From the NCBI GenBank assembly GCA_051746405.1, contig JBNJFB010000001.1, positions 96,001-160,000 on the forward strand: a stretch of 64,000 nucleotides of DNA. Direction: 5' to 3'. Within the stretch, counting starts at the first letter, position 1, and each line of letters starts with the position of its first letter. Positions 8,136 through 18,904 of the stretch are shown piece after piece. A program made the translations under genes and the position numbers. The notes under the pieces are model-generated. The model worked only from the letters and a program-made list of their open reading frames with translations. It had not been told where the DNA came from and made no database searches. This DNA comes from Campylobacterota bacterium (GTDB lineage: Bacteria; Campylobacterota; Campylobacteria; Campylobacterales; Arcobacteraceae).

Positions 8136-9893
8136 ATGAGTAGGTTTTTAAATTTTTTTTCTTTAGTTTTTATAGTTACCTTTGCTAGTGCACAAGAGTA
8201 TAAAGTAGATATTTTAGTTGATAAAAATATAGATAAATATATAAATGAGTTTAAACAGGAGACAAAAAGTGTATTTTTCAGAGATGATAGTATAAATTTT
8301 AATATAAAAACTTGTAAGCTAAACTGTAAAAATTTTTTAGATAATAAGTTTGATATTGCTGTATTTCAAGCTTCAAAAAAGCAAAAGCATAAAGAAACCT
8401 ATCTCATAAACTATAATAAAATCCAATCGTCATATGATAAAAATAGAGTAATAAAAGCTTTTTCATTAGCAGTTTTTGAGTATTTAAAAGAGTCTAAAAA
8501 AGATTCAATATTTTTAAAAAGTGTAGAGATATTCTCTTTAAAAAAAGAAGAGACTAGGAAAAAAAAGAGTTTAAATCTAAAAGATTTAGCAACATTTATT
8601 AAGAAAAATAGTTATGAGTATAAACAAAATAAAAATAGTTTAGATTTAGACTTTTTAGATATAAAGCAAGCACAAAGTAGTTTTAAACCAAAGCTATCAG
8701 CTTTTTCAAACTATGTACAAATTGATGAAGATAGGGCAAAAGCCAGCAAAGGTCAAGCTGTGCAAAAGCAGTTAACTGCAGGTATAAAAGTAAAACAACT
8801 ACTTTATTCCAATGAAGCTTTAAAAAATATTAAGATAAAAAAACTACTTCATAAAGCATCAAAGCAAGATATAAAAGCAGTGAATGAAAGACTTTTATAT
8901 GAGTCAATTCTTATTTATTTAAATATTATTCAAGTAAAAGAACAATTAGAAATAATAAATAAAAAAAGAGATTTTATACAAAAAAATATGCTTTTTTCAA
9001 AGCAAAGAGTACAAATAGGTGTTGCAAATAGAAGTGATATTTATAGATGGGAAAGTGAATTTGCAAATGCAAATATAAGGTTTTCAACTACAAAGCAAAA
9101 ACTGCAAGAGCTTAAATATGAGCTTTTTAATAAACTAGGTTTAAAAGATAGTTATGATTTTATAAATTATGATATGAAAACTTCATTGTTCAAGCTTTTA
9201 TCAAAAGATGCAATAAAATATATACAAAACCCAAGGGTGCAAAAACTTTTTTTCAAGTTTGTAGTACAAGAGCATCCTTGGTTGAAAAAGCTTCAAGAGA
9301 CTGTTTTAGCAAAAAAAGAGCAAGTAGCAATGAACAAAGAGAGTTACTACTCTCCTAAGTTAGCTTTTGAGGGAAATTATAAAAAGTATTTAAGTAAAGA
9401 AGGAGAAGCAGCTAATATACCTGTACCCTTTGATGATAGGGAGTTTGAAGCAGTAGTAAATTTAAGTTTTGATTTATATAACTCCTCTTTGAAAGACATA
9501 AAGCTTCAAAGAAGCAAAATTGAGTATTTAAATTTGAAGATTTCATATAATAAAACAGAAGATTTAATAGCAAAAAATTTAAAAACAAACTACTATTTTC
9601 TACAAAAGTCTTATGAAAATATTAGCTATTCAAAAAACTCACTTCACTCATCAAAGAAAAACTTAGAGTATTTGCAAGATAGATATAATAATAAAAAAGC
9701 AAATATTATAGAGCTATTAGATGCCCAAAACACATACTCAATAGCACAAGCAAACTATAATATCTCAGTTAATAAATATTTGCAAAATCTTGTTTCTATC
9801 TACTTTTTTATTGGTAAAATTGAATTACTTGTAAATGAAAATATTAAGTATGAACTTGAGAATAGAATAAATGAAATTTTAAAGGGTGATTAG
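8136..9893 (+). CDS. TolC family outer-membrane efflux protein with N-terminal extension
   Basis: Signal peptide; two OEP-type repeats (YYSPKLAF, ELLDAQ); upstream of MFP and RND genes. Confidence 0.85.
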   Translation: MSRFLNFFSLVFIVTFASAQEYKVDILVDKNIDKYINEFKQETKSVFFRDDSINFNIKTCKLNCKNFLDNKFDIAVFQASKKQKHKETYLINYNKIQSSYDKNRVIKAFSLAVFEYLKESKKDSIFLKSVEIFSLKKEETRKKKSLNLKDLATFIKKNSYEYKQNKNSLDLDFLDIKQAQSSFKPKLSAFSNYVQIDEDRAKASKGQAVQKQLTAGIKVKQLLYSNEALKNIKIKKLLHKASKQDIKAVNERLLYESILIYLNIIQVKEQLEIINKKRDFIQKNMLFSKQRVQIGVANRSDIYRWESEFANANIRFSTTKQKLQELKYELFNKLGLKDSYDFINYDMKTSLFKLLSKDAIKYIQNPRVQKLFFKFVVQEHPWLKKLQETVLAKKEQVAMNKESYYSPKLAFEGNYKKYLSKEGEAANIPVPFDDREFEAVVNLSFDLYNSSLKDIKLQRSKIEYLNLKISYNKTEDLIAKNLKTNYYFLQKSYENISYSKNSLHSSKKNLEYLQDRYNNKKANIIELLDAQNTYSIAQANYNISVNKYLQNLVSIYFFIGKIELLVNENIKYELENRINEILKGD

Positions 9894-10993
9894 TGAAAAA
9901 AGTATATATATTTGTATTGATTATTTTAGTTTTTGCAGCTTGTGAAAAAAAAGAGATTAAGCAAGAAGTCCAATCTATCAAAACAGTTTTTGCAACAAAG
10001 CCACAACCAAAAGATGAAAATACTAAAAGAGTATTTACAGCTATTGCCACATCAAATAAAAAATCAAAACTTAGTTTTAAAGTAAAAGGAAATATTACCT
10101 ATCTAAAAGCAGAAGTAGGGGATTTTATAGAAAAAGATATGCTAGTTGCAAAGCTTGATTCTAAGCCTTATGAAATAAAAGTATCTCAAATAGAGCATGC
10201 ATTAAGTCAAGCAAAAGCACAACTACAAAATTATAGAAATAGCTATGAGAGAGTTAAAAAACTCTATGTAAATCAAAATGCAAGTGCAGATGAAATTGAT
10301 AAAGCAAAGGCTACTTATAAATCAGCATTGGCAAATGTTGAAAATATAAATAAGCAGTTGGATTATGCAAAACTACAACTATCATATACTAAACTTTATG
10401 CACCAATTAGTGGCTTTTTATCTAAAAAGTTTGTTCAAGAAAATGAAAATATAAATGCGGGAACTCCTGTAGTTTTTATAAGTGATAAATTAATAGATGA
10501 AGTTACTATTCAAATACCACAAAATATGATAAATCAAATAGTAAAAAATGATAAGGTAAAAGTAGTATTTGACTCTTTGGCAAATAAAAAGTTTGATGCA
10601 AAAGTTTATGAGGTCTCAAAATACTCTTTTGAGAAATCAAAAACTTACAAAGTAAAAGTAAAACTAAATAAAAAAATAGATTTAATAAAAGCAGGAATGT
10701 CAGCAGAGGTCTATTTTGACTTTGAGTCTAAAATAGATGCTACTATTTTTTATTTGCCTTCAAGAAGTGTTTTAAAAGATAACAAAGGTCATTTTGTATA
10801 TCTACTAAAAAAACAGAACTCAAACTATAGTGTAAAAAAACAGTATATAAAAGTAGGTAACTTAACTTCAAAGGGTTATGAGGTTTTACGTAATTTAAAA
10901 GCAGATGATTTAGTTTTAAAAGCTGGAATGACAGAAGTCTATGAAGATATGAGTGTTGAAATTACAAATAAAAAAGAGCTGGGTTTATTATAA
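9893..10993 (+). CDS. RND efflux periplasmic adaptor (MFP), lipoprotein
   Basis: Lipobox FAAC, LSFKVKG, LYAPISG; GTG start overlapping the tolC stop. Confidence 0.92.
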   Translation: MKKVYIFVLIILVFAACEKKEIKQEVQSIKTVFATKPQPKDENTKRVFTAIATSNKKSKLSFKVKGNITYLKAEVGDFIEKDMLVAKLDSKPYEIKVSQIEHALSQAKAQLQNYRNSYERVKKLYVNQNASADEIDKAKATYKSALANVENINKQLDYAKLQLSYTKLYAPISGFLSKKFVQENENINAGTPVVFISDKLIDEVTIQIPQNMINQIVKNDKVKVVFDSLANKKFDAKVYEVSKYSFEKSKTYKVKVKLNKKIDLIKAGMSAEVYFDFESKIDATIFYLPSRSVLKDNKGHFVYLLKKQNSNYSVKKQYIKVGNLTSKGYEVLRNLKADDLVLKAGMTEVYEDMSVEITNKKELGLL

Positions 10994-13900
10994 ATGTCTA
11001 TTACAAAATTTTCTATTGAAAAAAGTGTAGTAACTGCTGTTTTTGCAATTATGCTGCTTATTTATGGCATTATCTCATTTTTTGAATTGCCACGGGCTAA
11101 AGATCCAGGTTTTACTGTAAGAACTGCAACTGTTGTTACGTATTTTCCAGGGGCTAGTGCTAAAAGAGTAGAACAGCTTGTAACAGATAAGCTAGAAAAG
11201 AGTATTCAGCAGATGCCTCAAATTGATAATATTACATCAACTTCAAAAAATGGTGTCTCTATTATTTTTGTAAATATATTAGAAAAATACCAAAATATGC
11301 GTGAAATTTGGGATACATTAAGAAGAAAGGTACAAAAAGGCTCCAGAAATCTTCCTAAAACAGCCTCTAGTCCTATAGTAAATGATGAGTTTGGTGATGT
11401 ATATGGAACTATGCTTGCTGTTACAAGTGATGGTTTAGATTATGGGCAACTTGAAAATGTGGCAAAAGATACAAAAGATATACTATTAAGGCTTCAAGAT
11501 GTTGCAAAGATAAAGCTTCTAGGAGTTCAACCAAAACGTGTCTATATAAACTTTGATAGTTCGCAATTAGCAAAATTAAATATTAGTGCCTCTTACTTAA
11601 AAGATGTTTTACAACAAAAAAATATAGTATATTCAGGTGGTGAGATTAAAGTTGATAAATCAAAACTATCAATAGAGCCAACAGGAAACTTTGAAAATAT
11701 ACAACAGATAAAAAATACAATAATACCACTTGAAACAGGTGAGTTTGTCTATTTAAAAGATATTTCTAATATAGAGTTAGGGTACGAAAATCCAAGTAGT
11801 TATTTAGTAAGAAAAAATGGTAATGAATCTATATTGCTAGCTATTTCCATGAAAGATGATGGGGATATTATAAGATTAGGAGAGCAAACAAATAAACAAC
11901 TAAAGCAGATAAAAAGCAAACTTCCCCTTGGTATAAAAATAGAAAAAGTATTTAATGAACCAAAAATAGTTGAAGATATTGTAGGAAATTTTGTAAATAA
12001 TCTACTTCAGGCTATGGGCTTAGTTATTTTGATTATGCTATTTTCACTTGGATTTAGAACAGGACTTATTGTAGCTGTACTTATTCCTATGTCAGTTCTA
12101 GCATCTTTTATAGTTATGAAAACTTTTGATATTTGGCTAGACCAGGTATCCCTTGCTGCTTTGATTATATCTTTGGGTTTATTAGTTGATAGTGCTATTG
12201 TGATGAGTGAATCTATTATGGTATTAATGCAAAAGGGAAGAGATGTCACAAAAGCTAGTATTGAGAGTGCAAATGAACTTAAAATACCTCTTTTGACTTC
12301 TGCACTTACTACATCAGCAGCATTTTTACCTATTTTTTTAGCCCAGTCTACAACAGGAGAGTATACTAATTCGATTTTTAAAGTTGTTACTATTACACTT
12401 CTTTGTTCATGGGGGCTTGCTTTGACTTTAACGCCAGTTCTTAGTAAGTATTTTATGAAAAAAAAGAAAAAAGATACACAAAATCACTTTATAGTAAATG
12501 CCTATGAAAGCTTTTTGAAGTTTATATTAATACATAGATTTAAGAGTTTGGTTTTTATTTTAATTATATTTGTAAGCTCCTTTAAACTAATGGAGTATAT
12601 TCCAAAGATATTTTTCCCACCCTCTACTCAAAAAACTTTTACAGTTGAAATAAGACTTCCAATTGGAACATCAATAGATACAACTAAACAAAGTGTAAAA
12701 GAGATTGAAGAGTATATAAAGCAAAGCTATATGAAAAAAGATAAAAAAGTAGAGAGTTTTGTATCTTTTATAGGTAAAAGTGCCCCTAGATTTTGGCTTG
12801 CTTATAATCAAGAGCTTGCTAGTGTTGAGTATGCTACTATCTTGGTTAATACAAAAAAGTATGAATATTTAGATGAAATTAGAAAAGATATTGAAAACTA
12901 TGCAAATAAAAGATTTCCAGATATGCAAGCTAGTGCAAAAGCTTTAGGAAATGGTCCTCCTGTAAAAAAACCAATAGAGATAAGAGTAAGTGGTAAAAAT
13001 ATTGATAAGTTATTTGAAATATCATCACAAATAAAACAGAAACTAAGCAGTATAAATGGGGTTAAAAATATTGTTGATGATTGGGGAGTTAAAACAAAAA
13101 AATTAGTAGTAGATATAGATGAAGCAAATGCATTAAAGCTTCAAATTACAAATCTTGATATAGCCCTTTCGCTACAAAGTGCAATGAGTGGTTATAAGGT
13201 AACTACTTTTAGAAAAGATGATGACTTAATACCTATGGTCTTAAGATTAAATGAAACTTCAAGAGATGATATAGATAGACTAAAATCAATTAGTGTTTAC
13301 TCCCAAAAAACAGGAGAGAATGTACCTTTATCACAAGTTGCAAGTATAAAAGTGGCATATGAAGAGTCAAAAATCATAAGAAGAGATAGACAAAAGACCA
13401 TAACAGTAGCAGCAAATGTATCACAAAATGCAAATGCTTTAGAGGTTTTTGAAAAAATCACTCCATATATGCAAGAGCTGGAAACTAGTTTTCCCCTTGG
13501 ATACTATTATGAGTTTGGAGGTGAGTACGAGGCTTCAGGTAAAGCAAATGAGTCAATAATGAAAAATGTGCCATTAACTTTTATGATAATTATTATACTT
13601 TTAGTAGCTCAATTTAACTCTATAAAAAAACCTTTGATTATACTACTTACTATTCCTTTAGGTGTTATTGGAGTATTTATTGGGTTATATGTGACAAACT
13701 CATATTTTGGATTTATGACCTTACTTGGAATTATCTCTTTAAGTGGAATTGTAATAAACAATGCAATTGTACTTTTAGAGCGAATTGAGTTGGAAAAAGA
13801 TAGAGCAAATAGTCACTATGAGGGTTTATTAAACGCTTGTATAAGTAGGTTTAGACCAATAATGTTAACAACATTTACAACTATTTTTGGGTTAATCCCT

Positions 13901-14059
13901 CTGTGGTATAGTGGTGGAGTTATGTGGGAGCCAATGGCTGTTTCTATTATATTTGGGTTAATGTTTGCTACAATTCTTACCTTAGGATTTGTACCTATTT
14001 TATATGCAATTATGTATAAAGTTAAAATATCAAGGAATAAAATAGATGGAAAAAGATAA
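10994..14059 (+). CDS. RND efflux permease (AcrB/AcrD/AcrF family)
   Basis: 1021 aa; GLLVDSAIV, GIVINNAIVL, RFRPIMLT. Confidence 0.95.
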   Translation: MSITKFSIEKSVVTAVFAIMLLIYGIISFFELPRAKDPGFTVRTATVVTYFPGASAKRVEQLVTDKLEKSIQQMPQIDNITSTSKNGVSIIFVNILEKYQNMREIWDTLRRKVQKGSRNLPKTASSPIVNDEFGDVYGTMLAVTSDGLDYGQLENVAKDTKDILLRLQDVAKIKLLGVQPKRVYINFDSSQLAKLNISASYLKDVLQQKNIVYSGGEIKVDKSKLSIEPTGNFENIQQIKNTIIPLETGEFVYLKDISNIELGYENPSSYLVRKNGNESILLAISMKDDGDIIRLGEQTNKQLKQIKSKLPLGIKIEKVFNEPKIVEDIVGNFVNNLLQAMGLVILIMLFSLGFRTGLIVAVLIPMSVLASFIVMKTFDIWLDQVSLAALIISLGLLVDSAIVMSESIMVLMQKGRDVTKASIESANELKIPLLTSALTTSAAFLPIFLAQSTTGEYTNSIFKVVTITLLCSWGLALTLTPVLSKYFMKKKKKDTQNHFIVNAYESFLKFILIHRFKSLVFILIIFVSSFKLMEYIPKIFFPPSTQKTFTVEIRLPIGTSIDTTKQSVKEIEEYIKQSYMKKDKKVESFVSFIGKSAPRFWLAYNQELASVEYATILVNTKKYEYLDEIRKDIENYANKRFPDMQASAKALGNGPPVKKPIEIRVSGKNIDKLFEISSQIKQKLSSINGVKNIVDDWGVKTKKLVVDIDEANALKLQITNLDIALSLQSAMSGYKVTTFRKDDDLIPMVLRLNETSRDDIDRLKSISVYSQKTGENVPLSQVASIKVAYEESKIIRRDRQKTITVAANVSQNANALEVFEKITPYMQELETSFPLGYYYEFGGEYEASGKANESIMKNVPLTFMIIIILLVAQFNSIKKPLIILLTIPLGVIGVFIGLYVTNSYFGFMTLLGIISLSGIVINNAIVLLERIELEKDRANSHYEGLLNACISRFRPIMLTTFTTIFGLIPLWYSGGVMWEPMAVSIIFGLMFATILTLGFVPILYAIMYKVKISRNKIDGKR

Positions 14060-14921
14060 AACAAGTGTATCTTTAGTATTAGGAAGTGGTGGTGCTAGAG
14101 GGTATGCACATATTGGTGTTATCAAAGAGTTGCAAAATCAAGGTTATGAAATAAAATCTATCTCAGGTTCATCAATAGGAGCTTTAGTTGGAGGACTTTA
14201 TGCTTGTGGAAAGTTAGAAGAGTATGAAGAATGGGTTTTAAATTTTGATGTAATGGATGTGATTAAGTTAGTTGATTTCTCTTTTTCAGGAAACGGCATG
14301 ATAAGTGCTGATAAGGTTTTTGATAAGATTGATAGTATTATAGCAGATGAGTTGAATATTGAGGATTTAGATACTCCTTTTACAGCCACAGCAACTGATA
14401 TTATAAATAAAAAAGAGGTATGGATAAATAAAGGTAGTTTAAAAGATGCTATTAGAGCCTCAATTGCAATACCAACAATTTTTACTCCAAAAATTATAAA
14501 TGATAGAGTTTTATTTGATGGTGGTATTTTAAATCCTGTTCCAATACTACCTGCAGCTTCACATTTTACTGATTTAGTAGTAGCAGTAAATCTAAATGAA
14601 GATATAAAATTAAAGTCAAAATATAAAAAGATATTTAAAAAGAAAAAGAGTATTTTAGGTGATAATGTAAGTGAATTTTTAAATAAAAAGTTTACAAAAA
14701 AGAAAAAAACATTATCCTATTTTGAAATAGTAAACTTATCAATTGAGAGTATGCAAGATGTGATTTCAAGACATCAGCTAGCAAGTCATAAACCTGATAT
14801 TATGATAAATATTTCAAGTAATTGTTGTGATTTTTATGATTTTCACAGGGCTAAAGAGATTATTTCTTATGGGCAAGCAGTTACAAAAGATAGCATAAAA
14901 GCATATGAACAAGATGAATAA
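14046..14921 (+). CDS. Patatin-like phospholipase (RssA/NTE family)
   Basis: GSGGARG, GSSIG and DGG motifs. Confidence 0.92.
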   Translation: MEKDKTSVSLVLGSGGARGYAHIGVIKELQNQGYEIKSISGSSIGALVGGLYACGKLEEYEEWVLNFDVMDVIKLVDFSFSGNGMISADKVFDKIDSIIADELNIEDLDTPFTATATDIINKKEVWINKGSLKDAIRASIAIPTIFTPKIINDRVLFDGGILNPVPILPAASHFTDLVVAVNLNEDIKLKSKYKKIFKKKKSILGDNVSEFLNKKFTKKKKTLSYFEIVNLSIESMQDVISRHQLASHKPDIMINISSNCCDFYDFHRAKEIISYGQAVTKDSIKAYEQDE

Positions 14922-14996
14922 ATATTACTTTTATAATAATAAAAACTTAACTACAATTTGAATATAATATAATAAATAGTTATAAAAGGCACCATC

Positions 14997-16892
14997 ATGG
15001 ATAGTAAAAAAAGAGATTTTAGTTTTACAATTGGAAAAAAAATGTTTATCTTTTCATCACTTATTTTAGTGATACTGATAATATCAAGTATTGTTAAGTA
15101 TAATACAATTAAAGAGGCTGAAAAGAACTTTGATATTTATGCACAAAAAGCAGTTCAAGGAAAAATTGTAGCTTTAGAAATCAAGCAAAAATTAAATCAT
15201 TTAAATGAGTTATATAAAACTATTTTTTTAGAAGAGTCTTATTCAAATATTTTAAATGAGATAGAAAAAGATAAAGAGTATATTCAAAAGAAGTTTAATG
15301 AGCTTGCATTAACTGTAAAAAATGTTCCAAATGAGAAGAGAAAAACAAAAAAGGTTAATGATTCTCAAAAAACTATTTTAACACATATTGATAATGTTAT
15401 AAGCATATCAAGAAAAGTTTCAAAAATTGATGATAAGTCAATACAAATTGAACTTTATAAAAAGACTATTGATGATATAAATAAAAAATTTATTGAATCA
15501 GAAAAAGAGTTTAATACTATAATCAAAACGAAAAATAATGGACTTAATAAAAGAACAAAAATGTATCATAATGAAATGGAGAGCCTTTTAACGTTTATTA
15601 TAATAGAAACATTTGTTATTTTTATTTTCATTGCAGTTGCACTATTTTTTATGTCAAGAAATATAATAAACTCTCTTAATAATTTTAAAACTGGATTAGA
15701 CTCATTCTTTGATTTCTTAAATAAAAAATCTAATGATGTTAAGCCAATAAATATTACTTCAAATGATGAGTTTGGATATATGTCAAATATTATAAATGAA
15801 AATATTAGCTCCACAAAAAAATCACTTCAAGAAGACAGTGTATTAATTGATGATGTGAATAAAGTAATTAGTAGAGTTAAAAACGGATGGTATTCTCAAG
15901 AGATTAAAGCTAATACTTCAAATGAGACTTTAATGATTTTAAAAGCAGGTATAAATGAAATGATAAGAGCTACAAAAGATCACTTTAAAGCAGTTAATGA
16001 ATCTTTAGAAGAGTATGCAAACTATGATTATACAAAAAAACTTGAGTTAAGTGATATTGAAAAAGGTGGTGTATTTGAAGTTTTAGTTAATGATATAAAT
16101 AAATTAAGAGATGCAATTAATGAAATGCTAAATGGCAATAGTAAAAATGGTCAAGTGTTGAATGATAATGCAAATACACTATTGACAAATGTTGATAAAC
16201 TTAACTCATCATCAAATGAAGCCGCATCAAAATTAGAAGAGACAGCAGCTGCAGTTGAAGAGATTACAAGTAATGTGAAAAACTCAAATGAAAAAATAGT
16301 AAAAATGTCAAGTATTGCTAATAAGGTTAATAATAATGCAAATGAGGGTGAAAAACTAGCAACACAAACTACAAAATCAATTGATGAGATTAATGAGAAA
16401 GTATCAGCAATTAGTGAAGCTATTACTTTAATAGATAATATAGCATTTCAAACAAATATTTTATCATTAAATGCAGCTGTGGAGTCTGCAACTGCAGGTG
16501 AGGCTGGAAAAGGTTTCGCTGTAGTAGCAAATGAGGTTAGAAACTTAGCAAATAGAAGTGCAGAGACTGCAAATGAGATAAAAAGTCTTGTGCAAGAGGC
16601 ATCACTTAAATCTTCTAATGGTAAAACAATATCAAATCAGATGATTGAGGGGTATTTAGAATTAAAAAGTAGTATTAATGAGACCACAAATATAATAGAG
16701 GATATACAGTCCACTTCAAAAGAACAACAAGAGGGAATAGTTCAAATAAATGATGCAATTAATTCACTTGATAAGCAAACTCAAGAGAACGCATCTGTTG
16801 CTATGGAAGCTAATGATATAGCTAGGAAAACTTTAGGTATATCAAAAGAGATTCTAGAAGATACAAATAAGAAAAAGTTTGAAAAAAGATAG
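14997..16892 (+). CDS. Methyl-accepting chemotaxis protein
   Basis: Two TM helices; [15 protein letters not shown]...[15 protein letters not shown] signalling hairpin. Confidence 0.95.
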   Translation: MDSKKRDFSFTIGKKMFIFSSLILVILIISSIVKYNTIKEAEKNFDIYAQKAVQGKIVALEIKQKLNHLNELYKTIFLEESYSNILNEIEKDKEYIQKKFNELALTVKNVPNEKRKTKKVNDSQKTILTHIDNVISISRKVSKIDDKSIQIELYKKTIDDINKKFIESEKEFNTIIKTKNNGLNKRTKMYHNEMESLLTFIIIETFVIFIFIAVALFFMSRNIINSLNNFKTGLDSFFDFLNKKSNDVKPINITSNDEFGYMSNIINENISSTKKSLQEDSVLIDDVNKVISRVKNGWYSQEIKANTSNETLMILKAGINEMIRATKDHFKAVNESLEEYANYDYTKKLELSDIEKGGVFEVLVNDINKLRDAINEMLNGNSKNGQVLNDNANTLLTNVDKLNSSSNEAASKLEETAAAVEEITSNVKNSNEKIVKMSSIANKVNNNANEGEKLATQTTKSIDEINEKVSAISEAITLIDNIAFQTNILSLNAAVESATAGEAGKGFAVVANEVRNLANRSAETANEIKSLVQEASLKSSNGKTISNQMIEGYLELKSSINETTNIIEDIQSTSKEQQEGIVQINDAINSLDKQTQENASVAMEANDIARKTLGISKEILEDTNKKKFEKR

Positions 16893-16906
16893 TCACAATA
16901 GGGTGA

Positions 16907-17794
16907 TTATCTTTTGAAGATTTTGATATTATTTAGTGTTTTAACTGCATAAATTGTAAGAGATGTACCTATAATAATTGACAAACTTAACTGCTCATCT
17001 AAAAATATAATACTAAATAAAATAGCAAAAAATGGTACTAAAAATATAAAACTACTAACCTCATTTGTACCTAGCTTTTCAATACCTATAAAATATATAC
17101 TTGTTGCAAAGGTTGTTGAAACTATTGATAAACTAAGCATATTAAACCAAAAAATTGAATCAAACTTTTCGAACTCTATTTTAGGTATATCCACAAAAAA
17201 TATAGTAACTAATAGCACTGTAAATATATACATATATAGAGTAAATACCATAGGAGAAGTTTTTGTGATTTTTGAGCTAGTTATAGTTAAAAATGGCCAT
17301 AATATTGATGCTAATAAAAAGTATATATTTTGAGGTGATAAGATTTGTTCCTTTGAGAAACTAAAGATATCAAGCATTATTAAAACACCAAGTGCACCAA
17401 CTAAAATAGCAAAAATATCTTTTTTTACTATTTTTTTACCAAATAGTAAAGCCATAATCAAAAAAGTATTTATAGGAATTAGTGTAGTTACTAAAGCACC
17501 ACCTAAACTAGCTGTTCCAAACTTTGTACCTAAAAAGTAAAACTTTATATAAACTATCATAATGATTGAAGCAATAAAAGCTAAAAAGATACTTCTTAAG
17601 TTTATATAAAAATATTTTCTCATGATTACTAAAACAGGTATTAAAGTAATAGAGGTGATTAGGTTTCTGAAAAAAACTAACTCATACTCATTTATATATG
17701 AGCTTAGAACTTTTGCATTTACCCATGATGCACCCCATGCAGCCATAGCTAAAAACATTAGAAAATAGAATAGATTTTTGTTGGTTTGTGTCAT
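16907..17794 (-). CDS. DMT/EamA family transporter
   Basis: About 10 TM helices, WGASW N-terminal motif. Confidence 0.85.
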   Translation of the reverse strand: MTQTNKNLFYFLMFLAMAAWGASWVNAKVLSSYINEYELVFFRNLITSITLIPVLVIMRKYFYINLRSIFLAFIASIIMIVYIKFYFLGTKFGTASLGGALVTTLIPINTFLIMALLFGKKIVKKDIFAILVGALGVLIMLDIFSFSKEQILSPQNIYFLLASILWPFLTITSSKITKTSPMVFTLYMYIFTVLLVTIFFVDIPKIEFEKFDSIFWFNMLSLSIVSTTFATSIYFIGIEKLGTNEVSSFIFLVPFFAILFSIIFLDEQLSLSIIIGTSLTIYAVKTLNNIKIFKR

Positions 17795-17825
17795 GAACTA
17801 AGAAGAAAAAGAGTTTTGAAGCTAA

Positions 17826-18131
17826 TCAAGACTTCTTTTTCTCTTCATTTTTTTTAATATGAATAGCAGATTTTGCCATAAGGTGTGCACTTATAGGAGA
17901 AGTTATAAATAAAAATAGTGTTATTAAAACTTCATGTAAACTAAGCTCTCCTGTTTTGAAAGTAAAGTATATAGTTGAGGCTAACAGTACAGCGCCTACA
18001 CCCAATGTTGTTGCTTTTGTTGGGCCATGAAGCCTTGTAAAAAAGTCAGGTAGCTTTACAAGTCCAATTGAACCAATTAGAGTAAATAAAGCTCCTAATA
18101 AAATAAATATTGATATAACAATTTCAAACAT
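17826..18131 (-). CDS. mrpG: Na+/H+ antiporter subunit G
   Basis: LPDFFTRLHGPTKATTLG motif. Confidence 0.92.
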   Translation of the reverse strand: MFEIVISIFILLGALFTLIGSIGLVKLPDFFTRLHGPTKATTLGVGAVLLASTIYFTFKTGELSLHEVLITLFLFITSPISAHLMAKSAIHIKKNEEKKKS

Positions 18132-18139
18132 TCTAACTC

Positions 18140-18409
18140 CTATTCCATAATATCGCCACGAAGTAAGTATTTACTAAGGGCAACTGTTCCAACAAATCCC
18201 ATAACTGCAATTAATAAAGCAGCTTCAAAGTATAGGGTATTTCCTAGATGTAAGCTTAAAATTATTAATAATGCAATTGAGTTAATATAAAGTGTATCAA
18301 GTGACAGTATTCTATCTGCAACGCTTGGTCCTATAATTAATCTATAAATATTTAGAATCATTGCAATTGAAATCATAGTAAATGCAGCTGGTAATATAAA
18401 TTCTAACAT
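18140..18409 (-). CDS. mrpF: Na+/H+ antiporter subunit F
   Basis: GPSVADRILSLD motif. Confidence 0.92.
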   Translation of the reverse strand: MLEFILPAAFTMISIAMILNIYRLIIGPSVADRILSLDTLYINSIALLIILSLHLGNTLYFEAALLIAVMGFVGTVALSKYLLRGDIME

Positions 18410-18903
18410 GGTTTAAATACCTCCATTAATGGTGCTTCATATCTTTGTTTAATCTCATCAATTGTACCTTGTACATCATCAACAACTAGTCCATGAATAA
18501 TAAGATAGCTTTTATCTTCACTTAAATCACAACTAACAGTTCCAGGTGTTAGTGAGATAGTACTTGCTAATGTACTAATTCCTAAAGGGTGAGTAATATC
18601 TAAAGGCACATCAAAAAACTTAGGTTTAAGGTTTGCATTTGGTCCAAGTACTTGTCTTGCAACAGTTATATTTGCAATAATAATATCATATAAAACAACA
18701 ATTAAAAACTTTAGAAGAGTCAAGGGATTTCTTATACAAACTCTTTCAGGCCAAAAACTTGAAGTAAACCAAGGTATTAATATAGCTAAGATTGAACCTA
18801 AGACAACATGCCCAAAAGCTACTGTATTGTTTAATAAAAGCCAAATTATTACTAATATAATACTCAAATTTGGATGAGGTAAAATAGTGTTAATCTTCTT
18901 CAT
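18403..18903 (-). CDS. mrpE: Na+/H+ antiporter subunit E
   Basis: ISLTPGT motif. Confidence 0.92.
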   Translation of the reverse strand: MKKINTILPHPNLSIILVIIWLLLNNTVAFGHVVLGSILAILIPWFTSSFWPERVCIRNPLTLLKFLIVVLYDIIIANITVARQVLGPNANLKPKFFDVPLDITHPLGISTLASTISLTPGTVSCDLSEDKSYLIIHGLVVDDVQGTIDEIKQRYEAPLMEVFKPC

Positions 18904-18904
18904 T

